A DNA stretch of 64,000 nucleotides from the human T2T-CHM13v2.0 reference genome, Homo sapiens: NCBI RefSeq assembly GCF_009914755.1, contig NC_060926.1. The stretch is one strand, 5' to 3'. Shown one piece after another: positions 1-13,419 of this stretch (positions are counted from its first letter, which is position 1; each line of letters opens with the position of its first letter). The notes beneath the pieces were generated by a model. That model was not told where the DNA came from, did not search any database, and worked only from the letters and a program-made list of their open reading frames with translations. Position numbers and translations under genes: made by a program.

Positions 1-2449
1 AAAGTATAATTTTTAAGAATCTTGGCATTTTAAAATTTATTTTATAGTAAACAATTTTCCTGGCTAGGTGTGTAATTTCTTCATACATGTGAGATGCAGA
101 TAATGAGCAAGAAAGCAAGGGGAGTGGAATTTCTGCTGAAGAACCCTATAATGTACAGTACATTTCTCCCTCCCCTTCAATCACTTTCAGCTTTCACAGA
201 GGGAGAAAAAATATATAGAAGGAAGACAAGATCCAACCATATGCTGACATTGTTGAAAGACTGTGCTGACATTTTGGTAAGAAAAGTAAGACTTCACCTC
301 TCAGTTTTATCTTCCCAGAAGGAGAAATCATTTTTCTTTCCTTATGAAATTTATGTTTCCAAGAAGCTATAGTGTTACTTGAAATTTAAAAAAAAATCAA
401 ATCAAGCTATAATTTTCATATGCCATAATGCATATGTATATTTTTTGTGATGCCAATCTACCCCAAATGACACAGAATTACTGTGTGAGATGTATGTCAT
501 GTTCATGTCAAAATGGAACCTCTGCCTGGAGAAGTACATACTACCTTTCTAAAAATAATTACCTAAGAAGCAGACTTCTTCTCATGTTTAAAATCTCATG
601 GTATATGTTCATTCGACCTTCAAATTTCTTGTTTATAAAATCTCTGATGCCATAGGGGAAGTGGGAAATTGGAAAGATATTTTTCTTCTGTTATTTTGAG
701 TATACACTGCTCATCCCCATCACAAAGAAGCAAAGGGAATTTCGTGTATTTGTGATAATGAAAGAGGTCCTATACTAGTGCTCAAAACGTAAGGCTAGAA
801 AAAATTTTCATTTTAATGATAATAATAGAGATTATTTTTCTTCACAATTACAGCATTTTAAAATATATACAGAGTATCCACTGTGTACTAACTTTTAGGT
901 CAGAATGATCATATAACTTTGACTATGATAAGTACAATCTTGGGATGTAATAATATGGAATATTCATTTCCCACAATCACGGAAACAAAAATTTTAGGGT
1001 GATGCCCAACTATTCTAGTATTGGAAGGTCAAAAAGTACATGATACTTGCAAAATGTATAAACATCCAAGAACTAAGATTGGTGAACCTAGAATTTTATA
1101 TGAATTGTTATGATCACTTTTGATGGGTGTCTCATTTACTGGTTATATTGCACAATTTATTAATGCACTGTGTATTCTGAACCATACTTTCCCATTACAA
1201 TATTTAGCCTGAAAATATTCCAGCATAGGTGAAATGGATTTTTCTATTAAGTACTGGAACCCTTTAAAACGAAAAATAGCTTAAGTAGAATTAATTGCAT
1301 TCACAATATCTAGATATTTATATTCCTGTTGAGAATAATATATTACCTAGATATTTAGATTCTCTTAAGTTTTATTTTTCTGGATATCCATTTACTAATC
1401 TTTTTAACAAGATTTGCACCTGAGGGAAGATTTTGAAAACACAGAAACATTCCATCAGTTTTAGTGGAGCAACTCTCTATCAACATCTTCTGATTAAAAA
1501 CCTGTATATTTAAACAAAGGTAGAAATAGATGGTAAAAGCTATTAGTGCTGCTTTTTTCCCCTCTACCACTAACACAAGGTCTTTAGGTTTAGCTTGAAG
1601 AGGGATATAAAGATTTAAATGGGATTAAGCAAACCTCTCATTCTGAATAAATTGAAGTGGGCATTGACTTTTTAATTTAATTTAAATTTTGAAATCTCAG
1701 TCACCATATCAACATCAGGAAAGAGCTGTCTCTCTAATCATGTCACTTTGGATAACTTCTAAAACCAAAAGGATATTAAAATAAGTGTTGTGTTTCTAAA
1801 AACATTTGTCTTCAAACATTAAAGTTTAAAAACCTCAAAATATAATACTGCTTTCTTCTTAATTTTTAACTGCATCTTTTGTGAGAGTATTTTTTCTCAC
1901 TCCTATTTATTAAAAACAGACTGATTTTACTGTGGCAGTTAAATTAGCTTGTTTTGTTATTATTAATAATTATTATTATTTTTGACTACTCTAACCACTT
2001 CGCCTTAAAAACTGGTTCTCTGGAAAAATGCTTTTCATCTCCCAAATACCTAACTTATAAATAAATTTGTGCCTCAAATTCTGGTTTTAAATCGGGAGCA
2101 AATTGTATTACAAATGCCTGTCTTTTAGCGGCCTGCTGGTGTCATTATTAACAGTAATAACAAGTTCTGAGCACCAATTTCCATTGCTATTAGGCTTAAT
2201 TATAGATGTTGGATGGAACCATAGAGATAATCCATTCTAATAGTTGCAAGCACTTAAAAACGGACCTCTAGGTCCATTTTTTTCTCTTAAAAACAACAGC
2301 AACAATAACACTAAACCCAGTATATAAATAAATAATTACAGTATTTTCCTGCTGAATGAGCACGGGAGATGGGGAGACAGACACCTGATCAGTCCAGTCC
2401 CTAGGGGTCTCTGATGCATATACAGGGAAGCTTTGATATGAAAATGTCA

Positions 2450-2570
2450 CACGTAGTCAATCTGCTTCATTGAAAGATATGAGACAGATTCTAAGAGGGA
2501 AAATAACTTGCAGAAGTCAACACACAAGTCAATGAAAATAAAAATGAGTCTGGTGTCCTGAATCATTACG
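2450..2570 (-). mobile_element. MIR fragment
   Basis: Degenerate match to antisense MIR core (ttcattgaaagatatgagacag...aataacttgc...cacaca). Confidence 0.4.
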
Positions 2571-3022
2571 CTATCTTGCCCTGAATAGTATTGGCTTCTA
2601 CACAATTTAAACTGTTAAGTCATGAATGAAGCTTGGACATTAGCCCATTATCTGTTCTTTTCCTCCAAAATCATTAAAAATGAATCTTAGGTAGATTTCA
2701 GTGTGTAAAAATAACTGGCTACTCCAAAGATGTCATTGAATATTTCCAGTTTAAGTTTTAAATAGTTTTGATTAGCTTCCCATTAAAAAAATTGTTCTTC
2801 ACTGAGCCTATCATTATAAGGTGTTGCTTTTGTAAACTTTATCTTCTAAAACAAAGGAATGCCATCCTTGTGTGGCTATATAGCAGAAGTATTCCAAGAT
2901 TTCAAGGCTTAGTGTTCAGTTGGTTGTTGGGTAGGGGCAAAAAGGTAGCAGAAGCTGGCATAGCATATATTATTACGTATTTTTTTCAATTAAAGTTTCA
3001 GCTTTCTCTAATGGGCATTCTT

Positions 3023-3505
3023 TTTTATATATAATTTCTACTTTTATTTTAGTTACAAGGGTGCATGTGCAGGTTTGTTACCTGGGTATATTACATGATG
3101 CTGAAGTTTGGGATATGGATCCTATCACTCAGGTAGTGAGCATAGTACCCGATAGGTAATTTGTCACCCCACACCCCTCTTATTCTCTCCCCACTCTAGT
3201 AGTCTGCAGTCTCTATTGTTCCCATCTTTATGCCCATGTGTACTCAATATTTACCTCCCACATATAAGTGAAAACATGCTATATTTGGTTTTCTGTTTCT
3301 ACATTAATTAGCTTAGGATTATGACCTCCAGCTGTATCCATGTTGGAAAAGACAAGATTTCGTTCCTTTTCATGGCTGCGTAGTATGCTATAGTGTAAAT
3401 GTACAACATTTTTATCATACAAGAGGCCAACAAACATACATCATTATTAATCATCAGAGAAATACAAATCAAAACCACAATAAGATACCATCTCACACAA
3501 GTCAG
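3023..3505 (-). mobile_element. 5'-truncated, 5'-inverted L1PA (older L1PA13-16-like)
   Basis: 3023-~3415 is antisense L1 3'UTR (gtgcaggtttgttac...ataagtgaaaacatg). ~3416-3505 is sense ORF2-end sequence (aaatcaaaaccacaataagataccatctcac). Flanked by aatgggc(a/t)ttctt TSD. Confidence 0.85.
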
Positions 3506-4829
3506 AATGGGCTTTCTTGTTGGTGTTATTTTTCCCATTTTTTTAAGATTGGAAGAATCCCACCTGGCTGGCTTGCTTCCACTGGAGGCATGAGCAACAT
3601 CTTTTAGGTTTATTGGAATAAAAAGGTATGAAAAATCATCAGGACATTCCTTTATACTGGTGTAGCAGTGGCTATCACAAATTGACTAACCTGGCATTTT
3701 TCTCAATCTTCATTTTTCTCAGTGCCCTACTTGCTAAGGAGAGCAAGTTTGCTTTTAACATAACCAACAAAAAAAAAAACACAGAATTTTTAAAAAATTT
3801 AGTTTAAAAAAATGTATATTGATGCTGCCAGCTCTTCAAAAACCATGCCATACATATCGGTAATACCCATTTGTGAAATGCTTATATTCTAATGCATTTG
3901 ACAAGTTGCTATTTACAAACAGAAATGAGTTCTTCAGTTTCTGAATTCATAGATATTTATCAAGCAAGCAAATAAACCTTGTTTAATTTAAAATATCGTT
4001 AGAATATTATATATTTATAATAAAAAACTGGAGGGAATATTATGACTTCAAAAGAATAATAATCTGAATTGCATTTTAATGTCATGCTATTTTTGACAGA
4101 AACATTATTACCAGATGTAGAGTTAAAACGAAATTATCAGTGTTTTCAAAGTGATATTGGGAGATAGTTCTCAAACTGTAATAATTTTTAAAAATTCATT
4201 TTAAAGGAAAAATGACTTATAGCTATTTTCATTATAATTTCTATGCATATAAACTATGTATATGACATTATAACTACAGCTATTACACACTTTCAAGAAA
4301 GACTACAAAACCAAAAGTAAAATTAAATTAAAACTTTAAAACTGTTTTTGCCCTCACTGTATGAACATTGCAAGGACTTTTGAGTTGAGATGTTAACAAC
4401 ATACCTGCTTTGCAGAACTTTAATGACTTTGATGACTTTTCTTTTCTCTGAGCTTTCAAATCTTTGCTTGACAGAGATTTATATTCACTTAATAGAAATC
4501 CATAATGTATATATAAAAACATCCACTTCTTAATTTTTGAGCATATAACAATGATTACAATATCATGGCAGTACTATGTAGCAGCAAAAGTGTACACACA
4601 AATGAACACATGTTCCCACAGCTCATGGGCATTCCATATTGAAAAAGATGTCATTCATGAATAATGCTTACATTAGCCTTTTTTAGGTTTTCTTTGTGAT
4701 TGTAAACACAGAAGTGAAAGATTATTGTGGAAAAGCTATAAAATCCAAAGAATACGTTTTGTCTCCTCTGGGGCTTGACATAATCTAGTCTGATCTTGTT
4801 CAAATCTTGAACTGTATGACTTTTTCATG

Positions 4830-5170
4830 ACTTTACTATCATATAATTTACACCCAAAAAACTGCACTCATTTATAAACACTTTGATGAGTTTTGATGAT
4901 GTATATACCTGAGAAACCACCATCGCAATTACAATACAAAACATTTCTATCAACTGTAAATGTTTCCTCATGTCCCTTCGTGGTCAATCCCTCCCTCACA
5001 CCATGTTCTAGACACCTGTTGATCTGCTTTCTATGACTATTGATCAGTTTGCACTTTCTAGAGTTTCATATAAGTAGAATCATTCCATGTGTCCCATTTT
5101 GTATCTGACTTCTTTCACTAAGAATAATCATTTTGAGATGTTGTGTATTGTTCCTTTCTTTTTGCTGCAT
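4830..5170 (-). mobile_element. Old L1 (L1MB/L1ME) 3' end
   Basis: gatctgctttctatgactat...ttctagagtttcatataagtagaatcat...tgacttctttcactaagaataat. Confidence 0.75.
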
Positions 5171-5644
5171 GGTTTGAATCCCTATGATTTTATCTCTGTT
5201 GTACATCTAAAAACACTAGAGCTTGAGACTCTAATTTGAGATTATTTGAGAAACTCTACCTTTGATGGATGATTCATTGGCAGATGACCTGAAGACACAT
5301 GATTCGCAGGTTGTTAAAAATGACCATTAATTGCTGAGTTTACAGAGAGAAGTACACGAAAATCTTTCATTTTAATGTTGTTAAGTCATCAGATGGCATG
5401 GGGGACTTTTTCCTCCATCAATTCTGTCCTTAAAGAAGCACTTTCCTTTTGACATAGTTTTTTACTCAGGATTCATACTAGGATCAGAATGGTGAAGAGT
5501 TTTCTTCTCAGTTGAATGAAAAAAATCTCTCATCAGAAATATTTTCTTTTTATTATTGATCAGTTGAGGTCTACAATGGTGAAATTACTCTTAGATGAAG
5601 ATACACACATCTATTTCAAATGAGAGGTTAAAATTGCAACCTCA

Positions 5645-5778
5645 TTACATATATGTATGTATATATACATATGTGTATATATGTATATGCATGCATATAT
5701 GTGTATATATGTATGTATATATGTATATATGTTTTTATACATGTATACATATATACACACAGAGACATATATATGTGT
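5645..5778. repeat. Degenerate (TA/TG/CA)n alternating purine-pyrimidine tract
   Basis: tacatatatgtatgtatatatacatatgtg... seen directly. Confidence 0.9.
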
Positions 5779-5977
5779 AATTTTGTATGGCTTTTCAGGA
5801 CTGCAAAAAGACTAAAACTTGAAACTGTATAAAGTCACCTTAATAGTAGATAAGAGAAATTATGATTTTTCCATCATATTTAAAACTTTTGTCAAAATAT
5901 TCAACGTTTTCTTATTGTCAGTCATATATGTATAGGAGAATGCAAAAACAGTGAAACTAATATTACTTATTGCATGG

Positions 5978-6353
5978 TGTCTTATTCTTTTTGTGCTGCT
6001 ATAACAACATACGACAGATTGGGTAATTCATATAAAATATAAATTTATTTCTCACAGTTCTGGAGGCTTGGAAGTTCAAGATCAAGACACCAGCAAATTT
6101 GTGTCTGGTGAAGACGGTTTTCCTGCTTTCATGATGGCACCATGTTACTGTGTCCTCAACACAGCAGAAGGCAGAAGGGTAAAAAGGGCCGAATGTTGTC
6201 AGATGCCTATTTACAAGGGCCTAAATCTCAATCATGAGGGAAGAGCCTGCATGAATCAATTACCTCCTAAAGGATCTATCTCTTAATAATATTGCATTGC
6301 GAATTAAGTTTCAACATGAATTTTGGAAAGAACACAAAATTCAAACCATAGCA
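5978..6353 (-). mobile_element. MaLR solo LTR (MSTD/MLT1A-like)
   Basis: tgtcttattc...ctcacagttctggaggc...ttcaaaccatagca; TG..CA termini. Confidence 0.85.
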
Positions 6354-8466
6354 CATCAGTTTACAATATTCAAACCATTGAGAATTGATGTATTTTATCT
6401 CTTAGTAAAAAACTAATTAAGGGTAATTTGAACAGTGCTTGCTTTGTGCATTAACTAACAATATGAAGCAAGTATTTTTTCAATGCCTTAGTGAATTGTC
6501 ATACTTCTCTGTAAATTTAGATCAGCTTCTAACATTTTAGTCTTTGTTCTTTCTATGCTGTAAAATACCTTTGGGAGTTTCTTTAATGTGGGATGTTTCA
6601 TTGACATCATTTGCTCCGGAACATCTTCATTACTTTTTTTTTTTTTTGTCACAACCACTTTCCTCATTTATTTCAGTAAGTTTGCAGGTATTAAGTTCCA
6701 CTGCTTGTATATTTGCAGTCTTTGAAATAACCCCTGTCAACATTTCTATAGTCACTTACTTCTTCAGACATCCATTTATATTTGTTTTGAATTTTACTTC
6801 TAGCATTATCATTTTTAGTTTCTTTGTTGAACTTTTATCTTTATTGTCCAATTCCCTCATTCCAAAGATCAAGTTATGTAAAATGGCATGTGGTTTAATC
6901 ACTGGGAAATAGGGAGGTAACACCTCTACATGTTTGCTGTCAGAATAGGAACTAAATAGCAGATGGGCAGTGACCACTTACGGACAGATCTAAAATAAGT
7001 GACACTACCGTTCATTCATTTATCATGATAGGAATCTGTTATTTATGCAGTGATTTGTAGAATAAAGAGCTAATAGTAATTTTTTTTTACTTTATACAAT
7101 TAGTGACAGTTAATAAATTGTGGTAATTGAAGTCTGAACTGTATTTATGGGGACTGGTATTCTCTAAATCATGATATCTGAATTTCATGAATGTTGAAAC
7201 TGTGCAAAAACAAGCACTGCCTCTATGTATGTGTTAAATTTTGCCTATAGTTAGGTAACAACCAAAATTAGGACTTAAGAATCTCTCCACATTTGATAAA
7301 CGATTTAGTACTGGCCAGTTACTTCATTTAAAATACATACCTACTGGATACCATGCTAAATGTTTATCAGATTGAGTTAGTTTTCATTTTTCTACTTTAA
7401 GATTAGGTATGTAGTCTTCAACATGCTTTTGGTATTATATATGGTATTTGACATAATACGAAATTGAGATTGTCCAACATGTATTTAAGTAAAAACTCCT
7501 CAAACTCAAATTTAATAAATTAAACCATAAAATGATATGCAGAATAAACCACTTACTTTGCAGTTAATTTTATTCACAGCTAGGCCATTAACTATTTTTG
7601 AAGTCCATTTTGGTGTTCCTCCACCTTTGAATAGTGATGGAAATATTTTAATACCTTAGATTCCATGAAATCAGTAAAGAGGTGAGTCCTGGAACTGATC
7701 AACAAACAACTACATTTGCCTTGTTAAAAATATACTTATGTTTGTTCAATTTTTAGTTCAATGTAAGGCTATTGTCTCTCTTTACTTTTGTAAAAAAGGT
7801 GAATGTAAAATCTATATGTTCTATGAACTGTAAAGTGAAAAAATCTTATCAGCAGTTTTCACTCATTCATAGATTTTTTTAAATTGCTGAATAAAACAGC
7901 TTTCTAAAACATGTCCTTTTTCGTTATTATTATGCCAAATGGAAAATGAGATTAATTAATTTCATGCCAGAATTATTAATTCAGCAATAATAGCAACTGA
8001 GTTAGTAAATACTCAAAACTTTCATCTTGAATGGCAGAAACCTATAAATTCTCCACAAATAAAACCTAAAAGCCTTTTTTTTCAGCGTCCAGTTTAAGAA
8101 GAAGCATAAGTTTTCTCTCTTTCATTCCCTTTTTCTTTCTTTCTTTCTTTTTTAATCTAAAGGTGATAAATGAATAAAGCAGAAAGCCTCAGGGCAAAAC
8201 AGGAAAGTACATTTCTGAATGAATGTTCAAATAAAACTTTTTACTTTTAATTGAAAATCTAAGTCTGTCTGGATGACTCTGTTTTCCAGGTAGGTTTATA
8301 CAACTTTATGATGATCATGTACGTGGTAGTACTCCAGAGAAGGAGAATTGAGGATTTACCAATAACCAGGAGAAGTCTCTCATTCTGAAATCAAGGAATT
8401 ATATATTTTACCCTCTTAGTCAGTAATAATCCACAATGAAACATTTTGAATGAAAATTCTACTTCC

Positions 8467-8753
8467 AGCCAGGCACAATTGCTTACGCCTGTAATCCCAG
8501 CACTTTGGGAGGCTGAGGCAGGAGAATTACCTGAGCCCAGGAGTTTGAGATCAGCCCTGGCAACATAGTCTGACCCCCTACTGTAAAAAAATTACAAAAT
8601 CAGCTGGGTGTGGTGGTGCACGCCCGTAGTCCCTAGCTGCTATGGAGGCTGAGGTTGAGCCTTGGAAGTTGAAGCTGCGGTGAATTGTGATCATGGCACT
8701 GCACTCCAGCCTGGGCAACAAAAACTCTGCCTGCCCCCAGTTAAAACAGAAAA
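8467..8753 (+). mobile_element. AluJ
   Basis: Dimeric Alu with J-type features; 14-bp TSD gaaaattctacttc at 8452-8465 and 8754-8767. Confidence 0.92.
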
Positions 8754-9320
8754 GAAAATTCTACTTCTGCATTGAAAGGCAACAAATGTTACACTCCAAT
8801 TTTTAAAATTAGAATTTGTTGTAAGTTCACTGCATATTACAGTTCAAAATTATTTATAGCATTGGCTTTCAATTCTTTACATGTAGTTCACTTCCTGGTA
8901 TTTGAATTCTATTAAACAGGATATAATTTTTTTTTCAAGTAATAGAATGCTTTTCTGGCTATGAGGAACAGTACACCTCTCACTAATTTTTTTTTAAATT
9001 GAAACTACATAAAAAATAAAAGATATGACCTCTCAATAATATCGAGATGTAATGCTTAAATTTAAGCATATTTAAAAACATATTCCAACCATTTCTACTT
9101 TTAATAGGTACCATTCAGCTTCACAGGAGATCACTGTAGAAAGTACATAGTTTATTAAATTTTTAGTCATAACAATCTTTAATTAAAAATAATAAATAAA
9201 TTGATCAGAAGGTTGTCCCTAATAAGCAAAGTCCTCATTCTTGCAAAGCCTTTTGATTTATATTCTGTTTTCAAATGCTGCAGACAGATTTTGGCACCTA
9301 TTCATTTTAACCTGCAGCTA

Positions 9321-9365
9321 TTAGATTGGTGCAAAAGTAATTGTGGTTTTTGTCATCAAAAGTAA
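9321..9365. mobile_element. Half MADE1 (Hsmar1 MITE, single TIR)
   Basis: ttagattggtgcaaaagtaattgtggtttttgtcat matches the MADE1 TIR and is preceded by TA; second arm absent. Confidence 0.85.
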
Positions 9366-9569
9366 AATATATTTAACCATTAAAGATGTGCCTTGACTTC
9401 AGTCTAGTATTAATAATTTTTAAAGTCTTCACTAGAAATTCAGAAGTTTCCTCAACCTGCTCTCAAGGCATGCTTTGTGTTTCTACAGTAACAAAGTTTG
9501 ACACTTTCTTCGGCATGGGAGACACTGTAAAATGGGTAAAACTTTTATCTTTCAAACATTGAGTTGGAT

Positions 9570-9802
9570 GAGGTAATAGAGTACAGTCATTAAGTATGTG
9601 AACTCTGCAACCCAAATACATGGATCTAAATTCCAGCTCCACCATTTGGTATCTGTGAGATCATGGATAGTTATCTACCCTGTCAACGCTTTGGTCTATT
9701 CATCTGTAAAATATAAATAATACAAGTATCCACCACATGTAATTTTTAAAAGGTGATAAGAAAGTGTTCCACACACATGTTCAATATATGCTAGCTATTA
9801 TT
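9570..9802 (+). mobile_element. MIR
   Basis: aattccagctccaccattt...tcatctgtaaaat...tgttcaatatatgctagctattatt. Confidence 0.75.
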
Positions 9803-10191
9803 CTTGTGAAACATTTTTCATCTGTGTTTCATTTTAAATCTTTTAGAGAATCCATAGTTTTGGGTTTCTTCATCCTTGACCAATATCGCTCATAAAACAA
9901 ATACTTGATAACAAATGTGGCTACACTCAGGATTCTAGACCTTACCTATGAAAATGAATACGGTTGGAAAGAACTTTAGTGTTCTATAAGGTGCAATATA
10001 CTATATTTACACAACCTATATGTGACAATTCTTCTAAAAATAGTAGAAGTTATAAAAAATATCTTTACAGTCTCTACAACATGGAGTCTCAGGAAAGAGT
10101 GTTCTTATTTCAGATAGTCACTTCGTGTTAAAAATTCTAAGTTCCCTGCTTGTAAGAACATAAAATGAACTGTTTTAATAAAAAATATTGT

Positions 10192-10555
<364 letters not shown>

Positions 10556-10894
10556 TCAAGTAGAATTCTAAAAGGTAATGTGTTGAATGAGTGACCAAAA
10601 AGAAAAAAAAAATCAGAATGAGGCACAATCACTTGAAGTAACAATCAGTTTTTCCTTTCCATAAATCTCGGCTGTGAAGGCATGTATCATAGTTTTCCAT
10701 TCCATTATGTTGAGCATATAAAAACTGACCCTTATTCTTCTCAAATTTATATTGGCTGAATGAGGGCACCTGCCAGCTAAAGATAAAACAATGCATGATT
10801 TAAAGATAAAATGCAATTATTTAAAGGTAACACAGAGCATTTTAAACGTAGACAAAATGTTATTTTGACTACACTTTTTATTTTTTTAATTTAA

Positions 10895-11184
10895 TTTTAT
10901 TTATTTATTATTATTATTTTTTGAGATGGAGTCTTGCTTTCTCACCCAGGCTTGAGGGCAGTGGCGCAATCTTGGCTCACTGCAAGCTCTGCCTCCTGGG
11001 TTCACACCATTTTCCTGCCTCAGCCTCCTGAGTAGCTGGGACTACAGGCATCCGCCATCATGCCCAGCTAATTTTTTTTTTTTTTTTATTTTTAGTAGAG
11101 ACCAGGTTTCACCGTGTTAGCCAGGATGGTCTTGATCTCCTGACCTCGTGCTGGGATTATAGGTGTGAGCCACCACACCCGGCC
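10895..11184 (-). mobile_element. AluY-like with 27-bp internal deletion
   Basis: Diagnostic cactgcaagctc, gtgttagccaggatggtc; left-arm segment missing at 11150/11151. Confidence 0.92.
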
Positions 11185-12860
11185 TTGATTTCTTCTTTGA
11201 CCTATAGATTGTTCAAGAGTGTGCTGTTTAATTTCCACATATTTTTAAATTTTCTAATTTTCCTTCAGCTACTCATTTGTAGTTTTATGCCATTATGGTC
11301 AGAAACAATGCTTGATATAATCAGTCTTCTTAAACTTGTTAAAATCTTTTTTTGGCCAAACATATCATCTTTCTTGAAGAATGTTTTGTATACACTTGAG
11401 AAGAATGTGTATTATGCTACTATTGAATGGCATGTTCTATACACGTCTGTTAGGTCCATTTGTTCTAAAGTGTAATCCAAAGTCAGGCACAGTGACATGC
11501 ATCTGTGGTCCCAGCTACTTGGGGGCTGAAGTGGGAGGATCACTTGGGCCCAGAAGTTTGAGTCCAGCCTGGGCAATATAGTGTGACCCCCTTCTTTAAA
11601 AATAAATAAATAAATACAAATTTTAAAAAGGTTAAGTCCAGTCTGATGTGTTCTTATTGATTTTCTGATTGAATATTCTGTCTAGTGCTGAAAGAGGGGT
11701 ATTGAATTCTCGTATTATTATTGTATTACAGTCTATCTCTCCCTTCAGATCTGTTACCATTTGTTTTATATATCTAAGTGCTCTGATGTTGAGTCCATAT
11801 ATATTTACAACTCTTATATCCTCTTGATGAATTGACCCTTTATCATTATATAATGCCCCTCTTTGTTTCTTGTTTCAGATTTTAACTGAAAGTCTATTTT
11901 GTCTCATATAAGTAGTGCTACCCTTGCTCTCTTTTGATTGACATTTGCATAGATTTTTTTCCTAAAACCTTTACTTTAAGTCTATATATGTCTTTAAAGC
12001 TGATATTGGGCTCTTGTAGACAGCATACAGTTTGGTCTTGTTTTTTATTTACTCCATTCAGCCACTTTACATCTTTTCATTGAAGAATTCAATTCATTTA
12101 CATTTAAAGTAATTGTTGATAGGTAAGAACTTCCTATTGCCAGTTTGTGAAATATTTTGGGGCTGTTTATAGATTCTTTGTTCTCTTTTTTCTCTCTTGC
12201 TGTCTTCCTTTGTGATTTGATGATTTTCTGTAGTGATATGTTTTGATTCCTTTCTCTGTATCTTTTGCATATCTAATATAGATTTTTGTTTTGTGGTTAC
12301 CATGAGGCTTGCAAATAAAAATTTTGACAGTCTATTTTAAGCCAACAACAACTTAACTTTGATAGCATATAAAAACTCTATACTTTTATTCCATGCCCCC
12401 CACATTTTGTTTTTCTGTCATGATTTATACCTTTTTATTTTATGTATCTATTATCAAATTATTTTAGTTATTTTTAATACTTTCATCTTTTAACCTATAT
12501 ACTAGAGTTATAAGTGATTTACACACAATCATTGAAGTATTAAAATATTCTGAATTTGACTACATACTTTTATCAGTGAGTTTTATACTTTCATTTATTT
12601 TCACTTTACTAATTAGTGATCTTTCATTTCAGCTCGAAGAACATCTTTAGTATTTTTTCTGAGGCAGGTCTAGTATGATAAGCCCCATTAGCATTTGCTT
12701 ACCTGAGAAAGTCTAATTTTCTGTTATTTCTGAAGGATAGCTTTCTGAGTTCAGTATTCTTGGTTGGTGGGTTTTTTCTTCAGCACTTTGTATATACCAT
12801 CCCATTCTCTCCTAGCCTTCAAATTTCTGGTGATAAATTTTCTGATAGTGTTATTGAGCT
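11185..12860 (-). mobile_element. Old L1M (ORF1/ORF2 junction region) fragment
   Basis: Antisense L1 text (gttcaagagtgtgctgtttaatttccacat; tcttgtagacagcatacagtt; ttttgtggttaccatgaggctt). ORF 12094-12303 resembles L1M sequence. Confidence 0.85.
11481..11630 (+). mobile_element. FLAM (Alu monomer) inserted in L1M
   Basis: Single Alu monomer with (TAAA)n tail. Confidence 0.85.
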
Positions 12861-13419
12861 GGAAATTACCTGGCCCTATCTGTACTTACTAAATGGGAAA
12901 CTCTAACTTGTCTGATGTTTTTATGCACAGTAAGATGTTTTGCTCCACAGTTAAATAACATTTTAAAGAATTGTTGTGTATAAAAATAAAGAATATCTGA
13001 AGTCTCAAGTGTCATAAAGTGATATCAACCAAGAAATTAGACTCCTCCATTTATTTTCCCTATAATAGCTAATATTTATAGAGAAGTTAGCATGCTCCAG
13101 TTGGCAAATAGCAAGATCACATCAGAAAATGAATACTATTCACCAAAATTCAAAAAATATAGAAAAGAGAGATGTATTAAAACATTTCTCTGTATTTGTT
13201 AACCCTTCTCTGAAGTTGTAAATATTAATGGTTTAAAACAGTTTTTAAAGGGCTCTGGCTTAAGAGTAAAAAGACCAGAAAGCTGCTTATTAACATATAC
13301 ATCATAACATTTTTTTCAGAAAACCATTAAATCTATAGATTTCAATATCTTTTTAAAGGACAATAAATATATAATATAAACCCCCAGTAGAAGGAATCAT
13401 AGATAGCTTTTACACATTT

